DNA of 62,254 nucleotides, the filler included, from Globobulimina sp. (Eukaryota): assembly GCA_003354225.1 (NCBI GenBank). It is 18 parts of 18 records of this genome, joined end to end, with 100 filler letters (N's around TTAATTAATTAA, not from the genome) between each part and the next. Parts side by side here need not be neighbours in the genome. Positions count along the whole stretch, not along the records: positions 10,403 to 13,768 come from PIVH01002967.1; positions 13,869 to 17,234 come from PIVH01002968.1; positions 17,335 to 20,699 come from PIVH01002969.1; positions 20,800 to 24,164 come from PIVH01002970.1; 14 more parts are not named here. One strand, given 5' to 3'. Shown here in pieces: positions 11,215 to 22,873 of the stretch. Below the pieces are notes generated by a model. That model worked only from the letters and a program-made list of their open reading frames with translations, was not told where the DNA came from and searched no databases. The position numbers were made by a program, and so were the translations under genes. How positions within the stretch are numbered: the stretch's first letter is position 1; every line of letters begins with the position of its first letter.

Positions 11215-12051
11215 GAACCCAGATTCGTGTCTCTTTTAGCTTGCTTATATTGGATGGTTTGCTTTGTTTCGGTACCGGTGTCAGTTTGGATTGTTTTGGA
11301 ATGACATTGTCGGGTTTATTAGTGGTCAAACGCTGCGACTTTGCATCTACGATTTCATCGTGTTTCGAACTGAAACCATTGTAACGTATCTTCAGTTTGC
11401 CATTATCCAACACAGCGACAACGTGACACGCCCTCCATTTCTTGGTTGGCGATTTAATGAACAGTTGCTTTGGATATATAGCGTCGACGTCTTCTGACGG
11501 CATTGCAATGGATAAGCCTAAGCCTGCATAATTTTCATTCTTTTCATTGTTTTCGTTGTTTTTGTAGTCTTGTTCTGGTTGACAGTCCATTATGCTCTGC
11601 ATTTCATTAATGTTTAGTACGTAGATATTATAGGTATCGGTCATCCAATTTTTGTGTCTGAGTGGGTGCGAATGGCGGTCGTCATTGTTATTTGCGTCTT
11701 TTTTATAATATTGCTGCGATTCATGGATCAATTGGAGCACATATTGGATGTGTTGATGTTTCAGATCGAGAGTGTCTTTATAGCAATGGAGCATTTCTTG
11801 GTAGTCCTGTTTTGTCCACTTGTTGATGGTGCAGCCACTCAAACAATGTCCATAAAAGATGTCAGCCATTTGTTGCGCCAAAGACAGCTCAGATTCGAAT
11901 TGGTGCATTATTTCTAGTTCTAGCGATGTTTGTGCCTGTTTGGAGATATTTAGTTTGTGATATGGCAAATGTTTTATCCAATATGATAGTTTAGATGCCG
12001 TGTTCAAATGCAATAAATTAATGGGGGCGTTGGACTTTGACTTGGCTGACA
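11215..12051 (-). CDS. Hypothetical protein with Tudor-knot/chromo-barrel-like domain; 3' end uncertain
   Basis: Likely start MSAKSKS at 12051. WRACHVVAVLDNGKLKIRYNGFSSKHDEIV fits a chromo-barrel pattern. The ORF read-through into tRNA-Phe is probably not real. Confidence 0.6.
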
Positions 12052-12098
12052 TTATAATTATAAATTTAACAGTTGACTGAACTGAAGTCTGAAGTGAA

Positions 12099-13628
12099 GT
12101 GAAAAGTTTCCAGAAAACACAAACAATGACGTATTCCAGTTCGCGCGCACCTTTGTTGTTGCTGGAAGATTCCGGATCGAAACGCCGCAAAGACTTTGAC
12201 AGTCTGGATGGAGGGGCATGCCATATGGACAAATCCGCGGTGAAATCATGCGCCAACAAACGTTACCATTCGACGTTTTCAAATGAAACAGAAACCGATT
12301 CCGCTAAATTGAATGATAAACCGTTTAAATGCGACGCACTGTTCATGTTCCTCTTATTCTCATTGGCCATGGGCGCATTCATCATAGTTTTGCCATTCTT
12401 GATTTATTTCGATATGTTTGACATTCTCTTCATCAGCATCTCATACTTATTATTGTCCGTCTCTTTGGGCGTCGCCTTGGTGTCGAGCTCAATATGGCGC
12501 ATTCTGCAGTATTGCCCATTGAATTGCTGCCTGGAATGCATCAAAGAAACGCACGCCTTCAACATATTTTGTATTGTTCTCGGACTCTGTTTGATGGCAT
12601 TGGCTGTCATCGGTTTGCTGGACGAATTTAGCGATTCCTATAAGGAACATGACCATATCCGCTATCCATTGTGGTTGGACTTGTCTTTATTTGTTGTGTC
12701 CATCGCCTGCTTCATGTTCGTGTCGTGGGTCAATACGCAATACGCTCGAATGCAAAAAGAAAAAAGAATATTTTTACAAAATTATTATTACAACAAAATG
12801 ATAGCGGACGAAGGCGCTGCAAACGATTACAAACAAAACGAGGACAAAATCCCGACATATATTCAGAAAAATGGACCGTTGCATCCTTACGATCGATCTA
12901 TTTTTTCTTTCATATTTCACACATTTACGCATTTCCATTTGTTCGATGTAATCCGATTGGGATCAAAGAAAACACTGCAAACCTTCGACTGTTATTTCCC
13001 GCCCAAACCAGACGACATTGAGTATAATTTCGATAAATGGCGGCAACTGCATAGGAAACAGCAGAAAGAGAAAGGAAAAGGAAAAATCGGCACTTTCTCG
13101 TTGCTGTGGGCCATCGAATCCAAATCATTCATGCTGTTATGTGTCATATCGTTGGTGTCCACCTTGCCCGGTTTGGTAGTTCCAACCATCATTGGTAAAT
13201 TAGCAAATTTCTATGAAGATTTAAGCGTCGATTTGTATGTTGGCATCACACTGACTGTCGGTTTATTAGTTATCGGCGTTATTCGTATCTTTTTTGGAGC
13301 AATGTTAATGACATTCGCGTCTTGCGTAGCGGGCCGAGTCAATGGCTTATTGTCCTATGTCATATATCACAAAGCAATAAATATGTCCATTTCTAACGAT
13401 TCCACCGCAGAATTGTGCACTGGACAGAAAGTGACATTGCTGGCGGCCGACACAAGAATGATTGCCTACGCCTTGGCGTATCAGCCCATCTTTGTGGCGC
13501 AGTACATTATGATGGCGGCAGTCATTATTTTGTTACATGTCGAGCTGGGCATCTCTGCCTTGGCCGGCTGGCTCTTTGTCATTGTAATCTCCTTTCCGGT
13601 GCAGTCTGTATATGGTTATAATTTATAA
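12099..13628 (+). CDS. ABCC/MRP-type ABC transporter, N-terminal part only (TMD0, L0 lasso, start of TMD1)
   Basis: About 5 TM helices, then L0-like SIFSFIFHTFTHF..VIRLGSKKTLQ..D, then IYHKAINMS..TGQKVTLLAADT..ELGISALAG. No nucleotide-binding domain in the contig. Confidence 0.85.
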   Translation: MKSFQKTQTMTYSSSRAPLLLLEDSGSKRRKDFDSLDGGACHMDKSAVKSCANKRYHSTFSNETETDSAKLNDKPFKCDALFMFLLFSLAMGAFIIVLPFLIYFDMFDILFISISYLLLSVSLGVALVSSSIWRILQYCPLNCCLECIKETHAFNIFCIVLGLCLMALAVIGLLDEFSDSYKEHDHIRYPLWLDLSLFVVSIACFMFVSWVNTQYARMQKEKRIFLQNYYYNKMIADEGAANDYKQNEDKIPTYIQKNGPLHPYDRSIFSFIFHTFTHFHLFDVIRLGSKKTLQTFDCYFPPKPDDIEYNFDKWRQLHRKQQKEKGKGKIGTFSLLWAIESKSFMLLCVISLVSTLPGLVVPTIIGKLANFYEDLSVDLYVGITLTVGLLVIGVIRIFFGAMLMTFASCVAGRVNGLLSYVIYHKAINMSISNDSTAELCTGQKVTLLAADTRMIAYALAYQPIFVAQYIMMAAVIILLHVELGISALAGWLFVIVISFPVQSVYGYNL

Positions 13629-13649
13629 TGACATGTACAAACAAAAGGG

Positions 13650-13768
13650 AATTATAATTTGATGATTAGGAAATTGTAAATAATTCTAACTTAATTTAAT
13701 AACTTAAATTGTTGTAGCTAGCTAGCAGCAGCAGGCAGGCCAGCAGCTTGCGCTATTTTTGTTTTTTT
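13650..13768 (+). repeat. 119-bp exact terminal direct repeat of contig 4 (right copy)
   Basis: Identical to 10403-10521. Confidence 0.97.
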
Positions 13769-13868
13769 NNNNNNNNNNNNNNNNNNNNNNNNNNNNNNNN
13801 NNNNNNNNNNNNTTAATTAATTAANNNNNNNNNNNNNNNNNNNNNNNNNNNNNNNNNNNNNNNNNNNN

Positions 13869-14794
13869 TTTTCGGGATTTCGGTTATTCATTGGAACCTC
13901 ATACCTATTTACGGTCACATTCTTTGTAAACCAGTGGAATGATGGAATAGTGGAATGTTGGAATTCTGGGTATGAAAAGCGACAAAAGGCCTATTAAAAA
14001 AGATGTTGCACATACATTTTTTTTGATAATCATTACAGCTCTTGTTGATAAAAGATTAAGATTCATCTTTTTCCTTTGTGTCTGGCTTAGTGGCTGAACC
14101 TTTATTATTGAAATATGCAAAACTATTAAAAGGATATAACATTAATTTAAATGGAGAAACCTTAAAAACAAAGGAAGAGCATTCAAAACTTGGTTGGTAT
14201 TATTTTGCAAATGCTGATAATGAGAGTCATCAAATTGGTGATATTCGAGTCAGATTTTGGATCATTACCAAACCATTATCATTGACAGTTATTGGTACAC
14301 AAAATGGTGATGCGATTAATATAAATTATAATAATCAAAATAACAATGTATGTGTGAGAAGTATTGGGAGATACAAATTGGACAATGTATTGAAAAGAGT
14401 ATGTCACGTAAACTTAATAAATAATGAAACCGGATCTATATTCGTAATGACAAATGTTGCATTGTGTTTGTGTATTTATTCCATCGAATTGTTGAAACCT
14501 ATAATTTTGGTCAAAAATGATGATCTAAATAATATGGAATGTGACAAAAAAAAGATTCGTACAAATGAAGTTGGTTTAAGAGCATTGGTTGGAAGTGTTT
14601 CAATTTGTGTACCAGTTTATTGTCTGAGTATCATGCAGCCACATATTGAAACATTCTATGCTAAGCGCCATGGACTAATGAAGTCAATTGGAATTTTAGC
14701 AGTGGTCTCCATTATCTTGGGCAGTACTCAAGTAACTCAACGCCTTGCACAAAACTCGGAAATTCAGACAAAAAAAAATTGTGAAAAAATTTAG
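13869..14794 (+). CDS. TMEM43-like membrane protein, 3' half
   Basis: YYF....SHQIGDIRVRF....LTVIGTQNG resembles TMEM43 PEVGDLRVSF..VTVIARQRG, followed by TM helices. Splicing near 13970-14060 is unresolved. Confidence 0.75.
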
Positions 14795-14982
14795 TTTGAC
14801 AGCAAAGAAAGAATAAAAGTGTCCATATAAAATGTTGAAATCAACAAAGAAAATCAATTGACAATTTTTGATCCAATACACTTTTTGATCCATCATCAAG
14901 ATTTGTATCTCAATTCTCTTATATTTTATATTTGAAATGACTTTTTCCATTCCAATGTGTCGTTAACTATTTGTTTGAACAT

Positions 14983-15741
14983 TTATAATATTAAACAATC
15001 TTTGATCTTCCTTTTCTTTTTTTGCGGCTTAAGAACACATCTGATGGCTTCATCAAATGTTTCTGTTAATCCATGTTGAGTCAATGCGGAACATTCGACA
15101 AAGCCATTAGCTTTGACTTGTTTTGCTAATTTTTGTCCTTGTTGAGCGGATATTAATTGCGCTTTATTTAAGCCAGTTTCTTTTAAATCACATTTTGTCG
15201 CAACAATAATAAACGGTACCTTTGGACAATGATGTTTTATTTCCGGTATCCATTTCAGTTTTACATTCTCAAATGAAGAGCGCAAATCACATGCATAACA
15301 AACTAAAAATACATCAGTTTGTGGATATGATAACGGTCTGAGTTTGTATTTTGTATTTACATTTGTGACTGTTTTGTATTTATATATTTTATTAATTAGA
15401 TACCTTAATCGATCATAATCTTCCTGACCTGCCGTATCCCAAAGCATTACGTTTACGAATTTACCATCAACCAACACATTTGTTTGATAGTTATCAAACA
15501 CTATTGTTTTTTTTGTTTTTTGTTTCTCAAATTATATATAATGAGAGGCAAATTGTAGAATGATAAACCTGTTGGAATATGTTCATGAGGGAAGGCATTC
15601 TGTGAATATGAAACCAATAAACATGTTTTACCTAAATGACAAATCAAAAACATATGTAATTTGTCAACAGCAAAGTACATCATTTGCGAACATTATACCT
15701 ACTGCTCCATCACCAACCGTTACTATTTTAACACCTAACAT
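14983..15741 (-). CDS. Rho/Rac-family small GTPase, 4 exons
   Basis: [57 protein letters not shown], then a polybasic tail and CaaX CLIL. Confidence 0.95.
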
Positions 15742-15992
15742 TATTTCTTCGATAAAGTATTATTAAATTTTGATGCGGCAATTAAATATTCTTTTAAAAA
15801 CTTTCCAGTTAAAAAAACTAATAATAATGGCAACGCCTCTTGTTTAGACGTACAGCCTCGTTACAAACTAATATAAACAAACAATGCAAACAACAATGAA
15901 ATTGATTCTTTTTATAATTTCATCGTGCTATGCGTTGATTCTTTTTATAATTTTAAGATTAATCTTTTCGTTCGCAAACTTAATTTAACAAA

Positions 15993-16616
15993 ATGGGCCT
16001 GGGCTGCAGCATAGACATTTGCAGTGACGAGGATCATGAATATTCAGCGAGATCAAGACAAATGCGTGATGTAGACATTGAAGATTTAGCTAAATCTGAT
16101 TTTGTTGAAGTTTCTAAATCAGATGAATATGCTGCAGCTGATAATGATGAACGAATACCATACGCAACAACTGAGGATTTAACAAATATACCAACGAAAA
16201 ATGATAATAAAATAGGAACGCCTTTAATTGCTATTTCTGAGGATATATCAGTTAATAATTATAATAATACACAGCAACAACAATTAAAAACATCAGCAGA
16301 TGCACGGCAACTTCAAGCGTTAAGAAAGAAATATAGTTCACGTAAAGTAATATTGCCAGAAAAGGATAAATCAAAAACTCCACAATGTGTTGATTGTGGT
16401 GGTTTTTATCACATTCAAGCGGACCCTTTGACCGCCTACGAAGGTGTTGGTATTGTTTGTGCCCAATGTGGGAAAAATAGAAATGATAATCCTGAATTAT
16501 TGTTGGAAGATCATTATTATAAATGCGAACAATGTGAAAACGTTGATGTTTGCTCTAAATGTTATCAACACGAAAAAGGAAAGTTGCTTAATTTAAATTC
16601 ATCCACTGTCATATGA
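15993..16616 (+). CDS. Predicted N-acylated (MGLGCS) protein with C-terminal Cys-rich ZZ-like zinc finger
   Basis: N-terminal MGxGCS; CxxC..CxxC..YYKCEQC...DVCSKC. Confidence 0.7.
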   Translation: MGLGCSIDICSDEDHEYSARSRQMRDVDIEDLAKSDFVEVSKSDEYAAADNDERIPYATTEDLTNIPTKNDNKIGTPLIAISEDISVNNYNNTQQQQLKTSADARQLQALRKKYSSRKVILPEKDKSKTPQCVDCGGFYHIQADPLTAYEGVGIVCAQCGKNRNDNPELLLEDHYYKCEQCENVDVCSKCYQHEKGKLLNLNSSTVI

Positions 16617-16767
16617 ATGTGTTTTGTGTTTTTGCTCAAATCCGCAGAAACAATAAAAAACTAATTGGAAATGAACATGTGTGTTTGCTCTGTGTGATTG
16701 TTAAACAAATCCGCTGATTAGGACAGAATCCAGTTTTCGAATTCCAAAATCACTTTAAATCATCAAA

Positions 16768-17234
16768 TTGCGGAATGCAGACAAGCAACTCCAACACGGA
16801 TTTATCATTTCGACTCCGTCAACGTTTCGTATATGTTGCATTCTTTTATTGGTAGGAATATGTTATAGATTACGTACAGTTGGAGCAGCGACATTGGCTG
16901 GAACAATTGGCATATGTTTCGCGTATACATCAATGAATCTGTTCAGGTCAAACCAAAGAAATTATCTTCGAAACTTCAAGAAATTTCTAAATGCAAAATA
17001 CAACGTTAAGTATATCACAGTACACTAATATGTATATATCACATTATGCACAAACAGTGTCGCATTGTATCACAACCGTCACCGACAAATGAAAACAAAT
17101 TAATTTATATCTCCGATGATATAAAACCAAATGATAATATATCCGATGATATATTTGAATTTAATGATACATGTCCCAGTCAAGCAATTTATTTATATCG
17201 TGACTGTGAAATGTATCAATGGAAAGAAAACAGA
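16768..17234 (+). CDS. TMEM43-like membrane protein, 5' half (two exons, runs off contig end)
   Basis: PTNENKLIYISDDI...AIYLYRDCEMYQWKE resembles TMEM43 ENEGRLVHI...AVKLRRHVEMYQWVE. Confidence 0.75.
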
Positions 17235-17334
17235 NNNNNNNNNNNNNNNNNNNNNNNNNNNNNNNNNNNNNNNNNNNNTTAATTAATTAANNNNNNNNNN
17301 NNNNNNNNNNNNNNNNNNNNNNNNNNNNNNNNNN

Positions 17335-18315
17335 GGCAAAAGAATTAACAGATAAAAATATGAATATCCTTCAAAAATGCATAGACTCTGTGCGTATGTT
17401 CTTTGTCCGATCATTTCCGAATATTTTTCTCATAATTTTTTAGGTTGACGTGTTTCAAGACCTTTTGGAAGGCGATATATTAGAATTTGGTGATCAAATT
17501 CGTAAAAGTTAAGTTTGTACGTGTTTTGATGGCAAATTATAATTAAATGAATGTGTTTTTGTATATCAGCTTTCCAGGAATTTCCGTTCAAAACAATTAT
17601 ACCGTCGTATCATGAAAAGACACTCAAAGAAGAGCTACGATGTTTAGTTTATAAATTATTTATTTTTATCTATTGTTCACACTGAAAAACACTTTCTTTT
17701 TCATTTCCAAACTACATAAAAAATGTGTACTTGGTTTTGACCGAAAATACATAAATAAATATGTGTACATAATGTGCTGTGAATAGTTGTCTTTTGCACT
17801 GTATACAAATTATAAAATAAATGCGGAATTACATTAATTGCGAATTGTATACTTTTTGATAATTGTTTGTAGTGAATCGCATGTTAAGTAAATATGGAGA
17901 TTTGTCGCAAACAGAATTGGATATTTATAAGTTACAAAATAAATATGTTTCCCAATACAAATTAAAACGAAATGATGAATCTCCGAGAAATGAACAGAAA
18001 TTAATATCGTCGCATGATAGGAACCATAACCGATCTGTTGATGAGGAGGAAGAGAAGGGGCAAGAAGAGGAAATAGTAAATATCCGAAACAATAATTTAA
18101 TGGATTCCGATCACGAAGATAATAAATGGTGTCTTTGTGAGAGAGCATCCAATGGAAAAATGATAAGATGTGACAATAGATTATGTTCAATACAATGGTT
18201 TCATTGGAAATGTGTACGGATTATGAAAATACCCAAAGATAAATGGTATTGCAAGTCATGCAGGAAATATCCGACAAAATCTAATTTGTTACACCCTAAA
18301 TTTCAGGTTAAATGA
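17335..18315 (+). CDS. ING-family PHD-finger protein (5' partial, several short introns)
   Basis: WCLCERASNGKMIRCDNRLCSIQWFHWKCV....PKDKWYCKSC is an ING-type PHD finger. GT-AG introns at ~17391-17443, ~17508-17569 and ~17642-17871. Confidence 0.85.
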
Positions 18316-18407
18316 ATGTGTTTATTTATTTTGAGTCATTAATTCAGTCTGTGTTTAGTAGAATTAATTATCGAATAAAAACCTTTGTAAAAACAGTGAG
18401 CTAAACC

Positions 18408-20588
18408 ATGTCTTTTGAACAAAGTATGATAAGTAAAGAGTTGGTCGTAATGCTGCAAAACATAGAACAGCAATATGTCCAGAAATTGCAACAGCAGAAA
18501 AATCAAATAAAAAAATTACAGCAAAGAGTGAATGAACTAGAACAATACGACCACATTGACGACATATTGGTAAATATCTACATCCATACTTCTCACCACT
18601 CGCATTTTATTATATATATATTTCTGTCAACAGGATGAAGTCGAACAAAAGCAACAAAAATATGACTCACAACAGAAGCAAAATGTTAACAAAAAACATT
18701 TGAATCTCGCAGTTGAATCAATATTGTTATCACCATCACAAACTCCGTTATTACCTGCATCCATTCACGAGAAGGATGATGGGATACAATTAGATTTAGA
18801 TAGCAGTTTTTTAGGAGAATCGTCATACAGAGAAACGGTTATATTTTTATTAGCATTCGCATGTTTTCGCGTGTTTCCAACTCAAGAATTACTTATTTGT
18901 AATACATTTAAGTTTGGGACCAGCAGAAGATCATATTTTTGTCGATTTAAAAGTAACTTTACGTTTACAAATGAATTAATTAATTCCATTGAAAATGAAA
19001 TGATTTCTCTGAGGTAATTATCAAATCCAAATTAAAATGTGTCTCCTTTTGCACATTGTATACAATCCCAACAACGTTACTTAACATAATTTGAACGTAT
19101 TCGTTTTTCAGTAAAGGCATTTTAATTTGGTTTTGATATGTTTTTCAAAGCAACATGGCACTTGAACTAGAATCGAGATTCATTGATTTTGACTCTTGTT
19201 TATCAATGCTGCAAAATACGAATCAAAACTTGAGTGCGCAGTTAGTAGAAACATTGAACAGACCATGTCACAGAATGGTAGGCTGTGCGAATACTAATAA
19301 CGAACATAAACCATATTACATATTACAATTCCGGTCAACATTAAATAATACAAAATATTGTTCTCGATTTAAGTTGCATGCAAGCGAGGATTGTGCACAA
19401 CATTTTGTTGTAAACTTCCCCCATAATGAAGATCTAATGGATGATGAAGCAAAATTTAACTTTGTGGTTACTAAGAATTCACGAAAACAACCAAAAGCCA
19501 TTAAAGAGCTCTACAAACACGGCATAGAAATGAGCAAATATTTAAATATAAATTGTGTATCGGATATAAATGATATTATTCGATGTGGTCGTTTCAAACA
19601 ATTAATGTTAGTCTCTGAAGCTTATCATAATCGACAAATCATTAAAATTGCCAATCAAATCGAAAACAATGACAAAGAAATAAAAATCATATTAATATCT
19701 GGTCCCTCGTCGTCTGGCAAAACTACATTTGCTTCGAAATTAGGAATACAATTAAGATTACTTGGTATGATACCGACTGTGTTGGAGGTTGATATGTTTT
19801 ATAAAGACAGAAATGACCCAAACCATCCACGTGACAGCGAGGGACATTTAAATTTTGAAGTCATTGAAGCTGTAAAGGTATAATTTGTTTTTATCAGTTT
19901 GTATATGCTATGTACATAGAAACAGTTTACATATTTGTAAATGTGACCATTTTAATAAAAGTTGAAGGAATTCAATGATTCGATAAATCGTTTATTAAAC
20001 GGAGAAGCTATACAAGTGCCACATTTTGATTTTACGATTGGTGCAAGAAATGGCTACAAAAAAGAAAGAATATCATTGGACAGAAAAGCAGGCGTATTAA
20101 TTATGGAAGGCATATTTTGTTTAAATCCCAAGTTATTAGCAAATGTGAATAATATTATTGATATCACATATCATATTTTTATATGTCCGATATCACCATT
20201 TTATTCATTGGATAACTTTCATTTCATATCGGAACAAGTAATGCGTTTAATTCGTCGCATATCTCGCGATCATTTCCATCGCGGAAAAGAAGCAGAACAG
20301 GTTGTCTTTAAATGGTCGCAGTTAAAAGAAGGAGAAGATATAAATATATTTCCCTACGTGAAATATGCAGATGCGGTGTTTAATAGTGCATTATTGTACG
20401 AATTGTGTGTCTTGAAAACGTATTCTTATCCATTATTACAAACAATTAAATCTACGTCAAAGCAATATAAAGATGCACAGAATTTGCTATGTTTTCTTGA
20501 TATGTTTTTTTCTATGCCTGATAGAGCGGTGCCAAACGAGTCTCTTCTCATGGAATTTATTGGCAAATCTATATTTGATGAACTGTAA
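18408..20588 (+). CDS. Bacterial-type uridine/nucleoside kinase (UMPK-like, with ThrRS-like N-terminal region); multi-exon
   Basis: LVSEAYHNRQIIKIANQI, P-loop ISGPSSSGKTTF, GHLNFE, EGIFCLNP, RLIRRISRD, GEDINIFPY..ADAVFNSALLYELCVLK, SLLMEFIGKSIF. Confidence 0.85.
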
Positions 20589-20990
20589 CATTTTATATTG
20601 TGTAATTGTTTTTTTTTTTTGTTCTTTTGTTGTTTTGTTGTGTGGATCATTTAATACTCGATATTATCTAACGTTTGTTTTGTTTTGTTTGAGCTGAGCN
20701 NNNNNNNNNNNNNNNNNNNNNNNNNNNNNNNNNNNNNNNNNNNTTAATTAATTAANNNNNNNNNNNNNNNNNNNNNNNNNNNNNNNNNNNNNNNNNNNNT
20801 ACTAGGATTCGAAACCTAGGTCAACTTCGAATACTAGGTTGAAAACCACTCTAGCTAACCCAAAAACCTTGCCAATCACAAAAGAAGTGTTTAGAAGTTT
20901 AAGCCTAAAAAGTCAATTGTGTACAATGACAAATAATTTATCTATTACAGATCTAAAAAACACCTCACAGAAATTAAACAACATTTCCAA

Positions 20991-22220
20991 TCAAACCATA
21001 AAGCCACTTCTCCGTAAGCCACATCGAACCATAATATTTTGAACATCCCAAATTACTTTTTCTATGCAATCTATATCTATTGCTTCTGTGACGTGACAAA
21101 ACACAAAACGATTATCACGCTGATTTTCATTAATAAATTGATTTTGAATAAACTTTATTGCGCTGACATAACACTCTTGGAAATATTCTTCACGTTCATC
21201 ATTCGTTAATATTCCCACATCTTTTCGTGTGAACTGAGTTAGCTGTTTCCCGATATCCTTTGGTATAAAAGTTCCAATCTCCAGCTCAATTTTTCGAATC
21301 CAACCTGAAATAAGTGTTGCTACATTATGGTTGTATGCATAATCTGGACAATCTAAACCTTGCCATCTGTTATCAAAACACACTGATAACGATATTCCAT
21401 TTCTTAATCGCTTTCGAAATATATCATCTTTATTCAAAAATAAAATCATGTGACTTTTTCTAAAAAGTTTATAATTACATATTGTACCAAAATGGTCCAA
21501 TGAATGTTGCATTGCGTTCATATTATTCATATCCTTTAACGTTTCACAATAATCGCTCAACGAAGCAACATAAATTAAGGAATAATATCTGCCGTCTGTA
21601 AGATAGTGTATTTTTTTCAGTGGCGGTTGCAAATCCACTATTTCATAATCACTTTCTTGATATATGTAAGAATATTTCGATAGCTTTGGATTTGGAGCTC
21701 GAGTGTGATAATTAATGATATCATGGCTATTTAATTTATTATCAGTCATAATGCGGCTGATATTATCCATGAAATATTCGACATTGTCATTAAAGTCAAA
21801 CTCATCTTTATATGCGTAGTTATGAGATAATATTTTCTCAAATTTATTATATTTTATCCACATATTTGATATTATGTTTGCAATTTGTTTTAAATCAAAT
21901 GAATTGTGCACTGATACTGACTTTAGTAACTTTGTGGATTGCGTATCATTGACAATATTCAACAAATAAAGCATCGTTGATATACATTCTTGTCTGATTG
22001 CTTTTATTGGCAATTCTTTGTCATTTAGTTCAAGTAATTTGCCATCATGTAATAATTGTAGCTGTTTGAATATAGTACTCTTTCCTGAAGATCTCGTACC
22101 TACCAAAATCATAACATTTATGGTGTTTTGACGACGCATTGCATTTTCCTCTCCCATTTTTTCACCAATATATTCATTTATATGTTCAGCTGCGGCATTA
22201 GTGGTGAAACACGTTCCCAT
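20991..22220 (-). CDS. Divergent heterotrimeric G-protein alpha subunit
   Basis: MGTCF acylation start at 22220; GTRSSGKSTIFKQL, LFLNKDD, HVTEAID, C-terminal LRRSGFMV. Switch II DVGGQ is absent. Confidence 0.9.
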   Translation of the reverse strand: MGTCFTTNAAAEHINEYIGEKMGEENAMRRQNTINVMILVGTRSSGKSTIFKQLQLLHDGKLLELNDKELPIKAIRQECISTMLYLLNIVNDTQSTKLLKSVSVHNSFDLKQIANIISNMWIKYNKFEKILSHNYAYKDEFDFNDNVEYFMDNISRIMTDNKLNSHDIINYHTRAPNPKLSKYSYIYQESDYEIVDLQPPLKKIHYLTDGRYYSLIYVASLSDYCETLKDMNNMNAMQHSLDHFGTICNYKLFRKSHMILFLNKDDIFRKRLRNGISLSVCFDNRWQGLDCPDYAYNHNVATLISGWIRKIELEIGTFIPKDIGKQLTQFTRKDVGILTNDEREEYFQECYVSAIKFIQNQFINENQRDNRFVFCHVTEAIDIDCIEKVIWDVQNIMVRCGLRRSGFMV

Positions 22221-22873
22221 GACTTTCCAATTTTGTTTTTTAGTAACGTTTAAAAACTTTTTACTAAAACCACACTTAAAGAACATCTTGCAACGCTCTA
22301 GTTTAAAGCCGTACTGACGTAGTTTAAAAATGCAACAAAGATTTCCAAAGTCCGATCGTTAAAGCTGTTTTTAATGATGTCATTAAGATAACCCCCCCCT
22401 CCTCTGTATACATTTGGTTCAATTATAAATTTGTTCTGGATTTGCAAAGCGTTTCTCAGATAATTGAACAACTTATCGACCAGTGGGGGGGGGTTATCTT
22501 TTGGAATATATCGTTCAGTTAGACTCTGTCGAATAATGGCTTTTTTTAAAAGAACACAATCAGAGAAAAAAACGAAGAGTCGAGGAAGAATCCGATTAAG
22601 AGCACATACTTCCGCCCATTCATCCGAACAATACATAAATACAAATATACGCAGTAGATCACAACGACCATATGCGGGGCCACACCAACTGCTCAAACAA
22701 GAAATAAATTAAGATTTGGCAAAAAGAAAAGAGCAAATTCAGTTGGCAGAAAAAATAAAAATCGACAATCTGAGCTAAAAGTAAGCGAAGCCAGTATTGA
22801 TTCGCGATACTTATCAGACCAAGACGTAAAAATTACATTTACACTGCAAAATATACAAAACACCATCAACGAA

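Noticed and set aside
11015-11215. ORF tail overlapping tRNA-Phe (FIAQLGERQTEDLKVPGSIPGEG)
   Set aside because: It is simply the tRNA sequence translated; most likely read-through of an unspliced or 3' region.
17335-20699. Tested contigs 1, 2, 6, 11, 12, 13, 14 and 17 for end-to-start continuity
   Set aside because: No convincing continuity (6 has an in-frame stop; 12, 13 and 17 are ambiguous). Circularity is not claimed for them.
20800-20825. CTAGG-ATTCGAAA-CCTAG hairpin resembling a tRNA T-arm
   Set aside because: No other tRNA arms; better explained as the end of the SPRY-like coding sequence.
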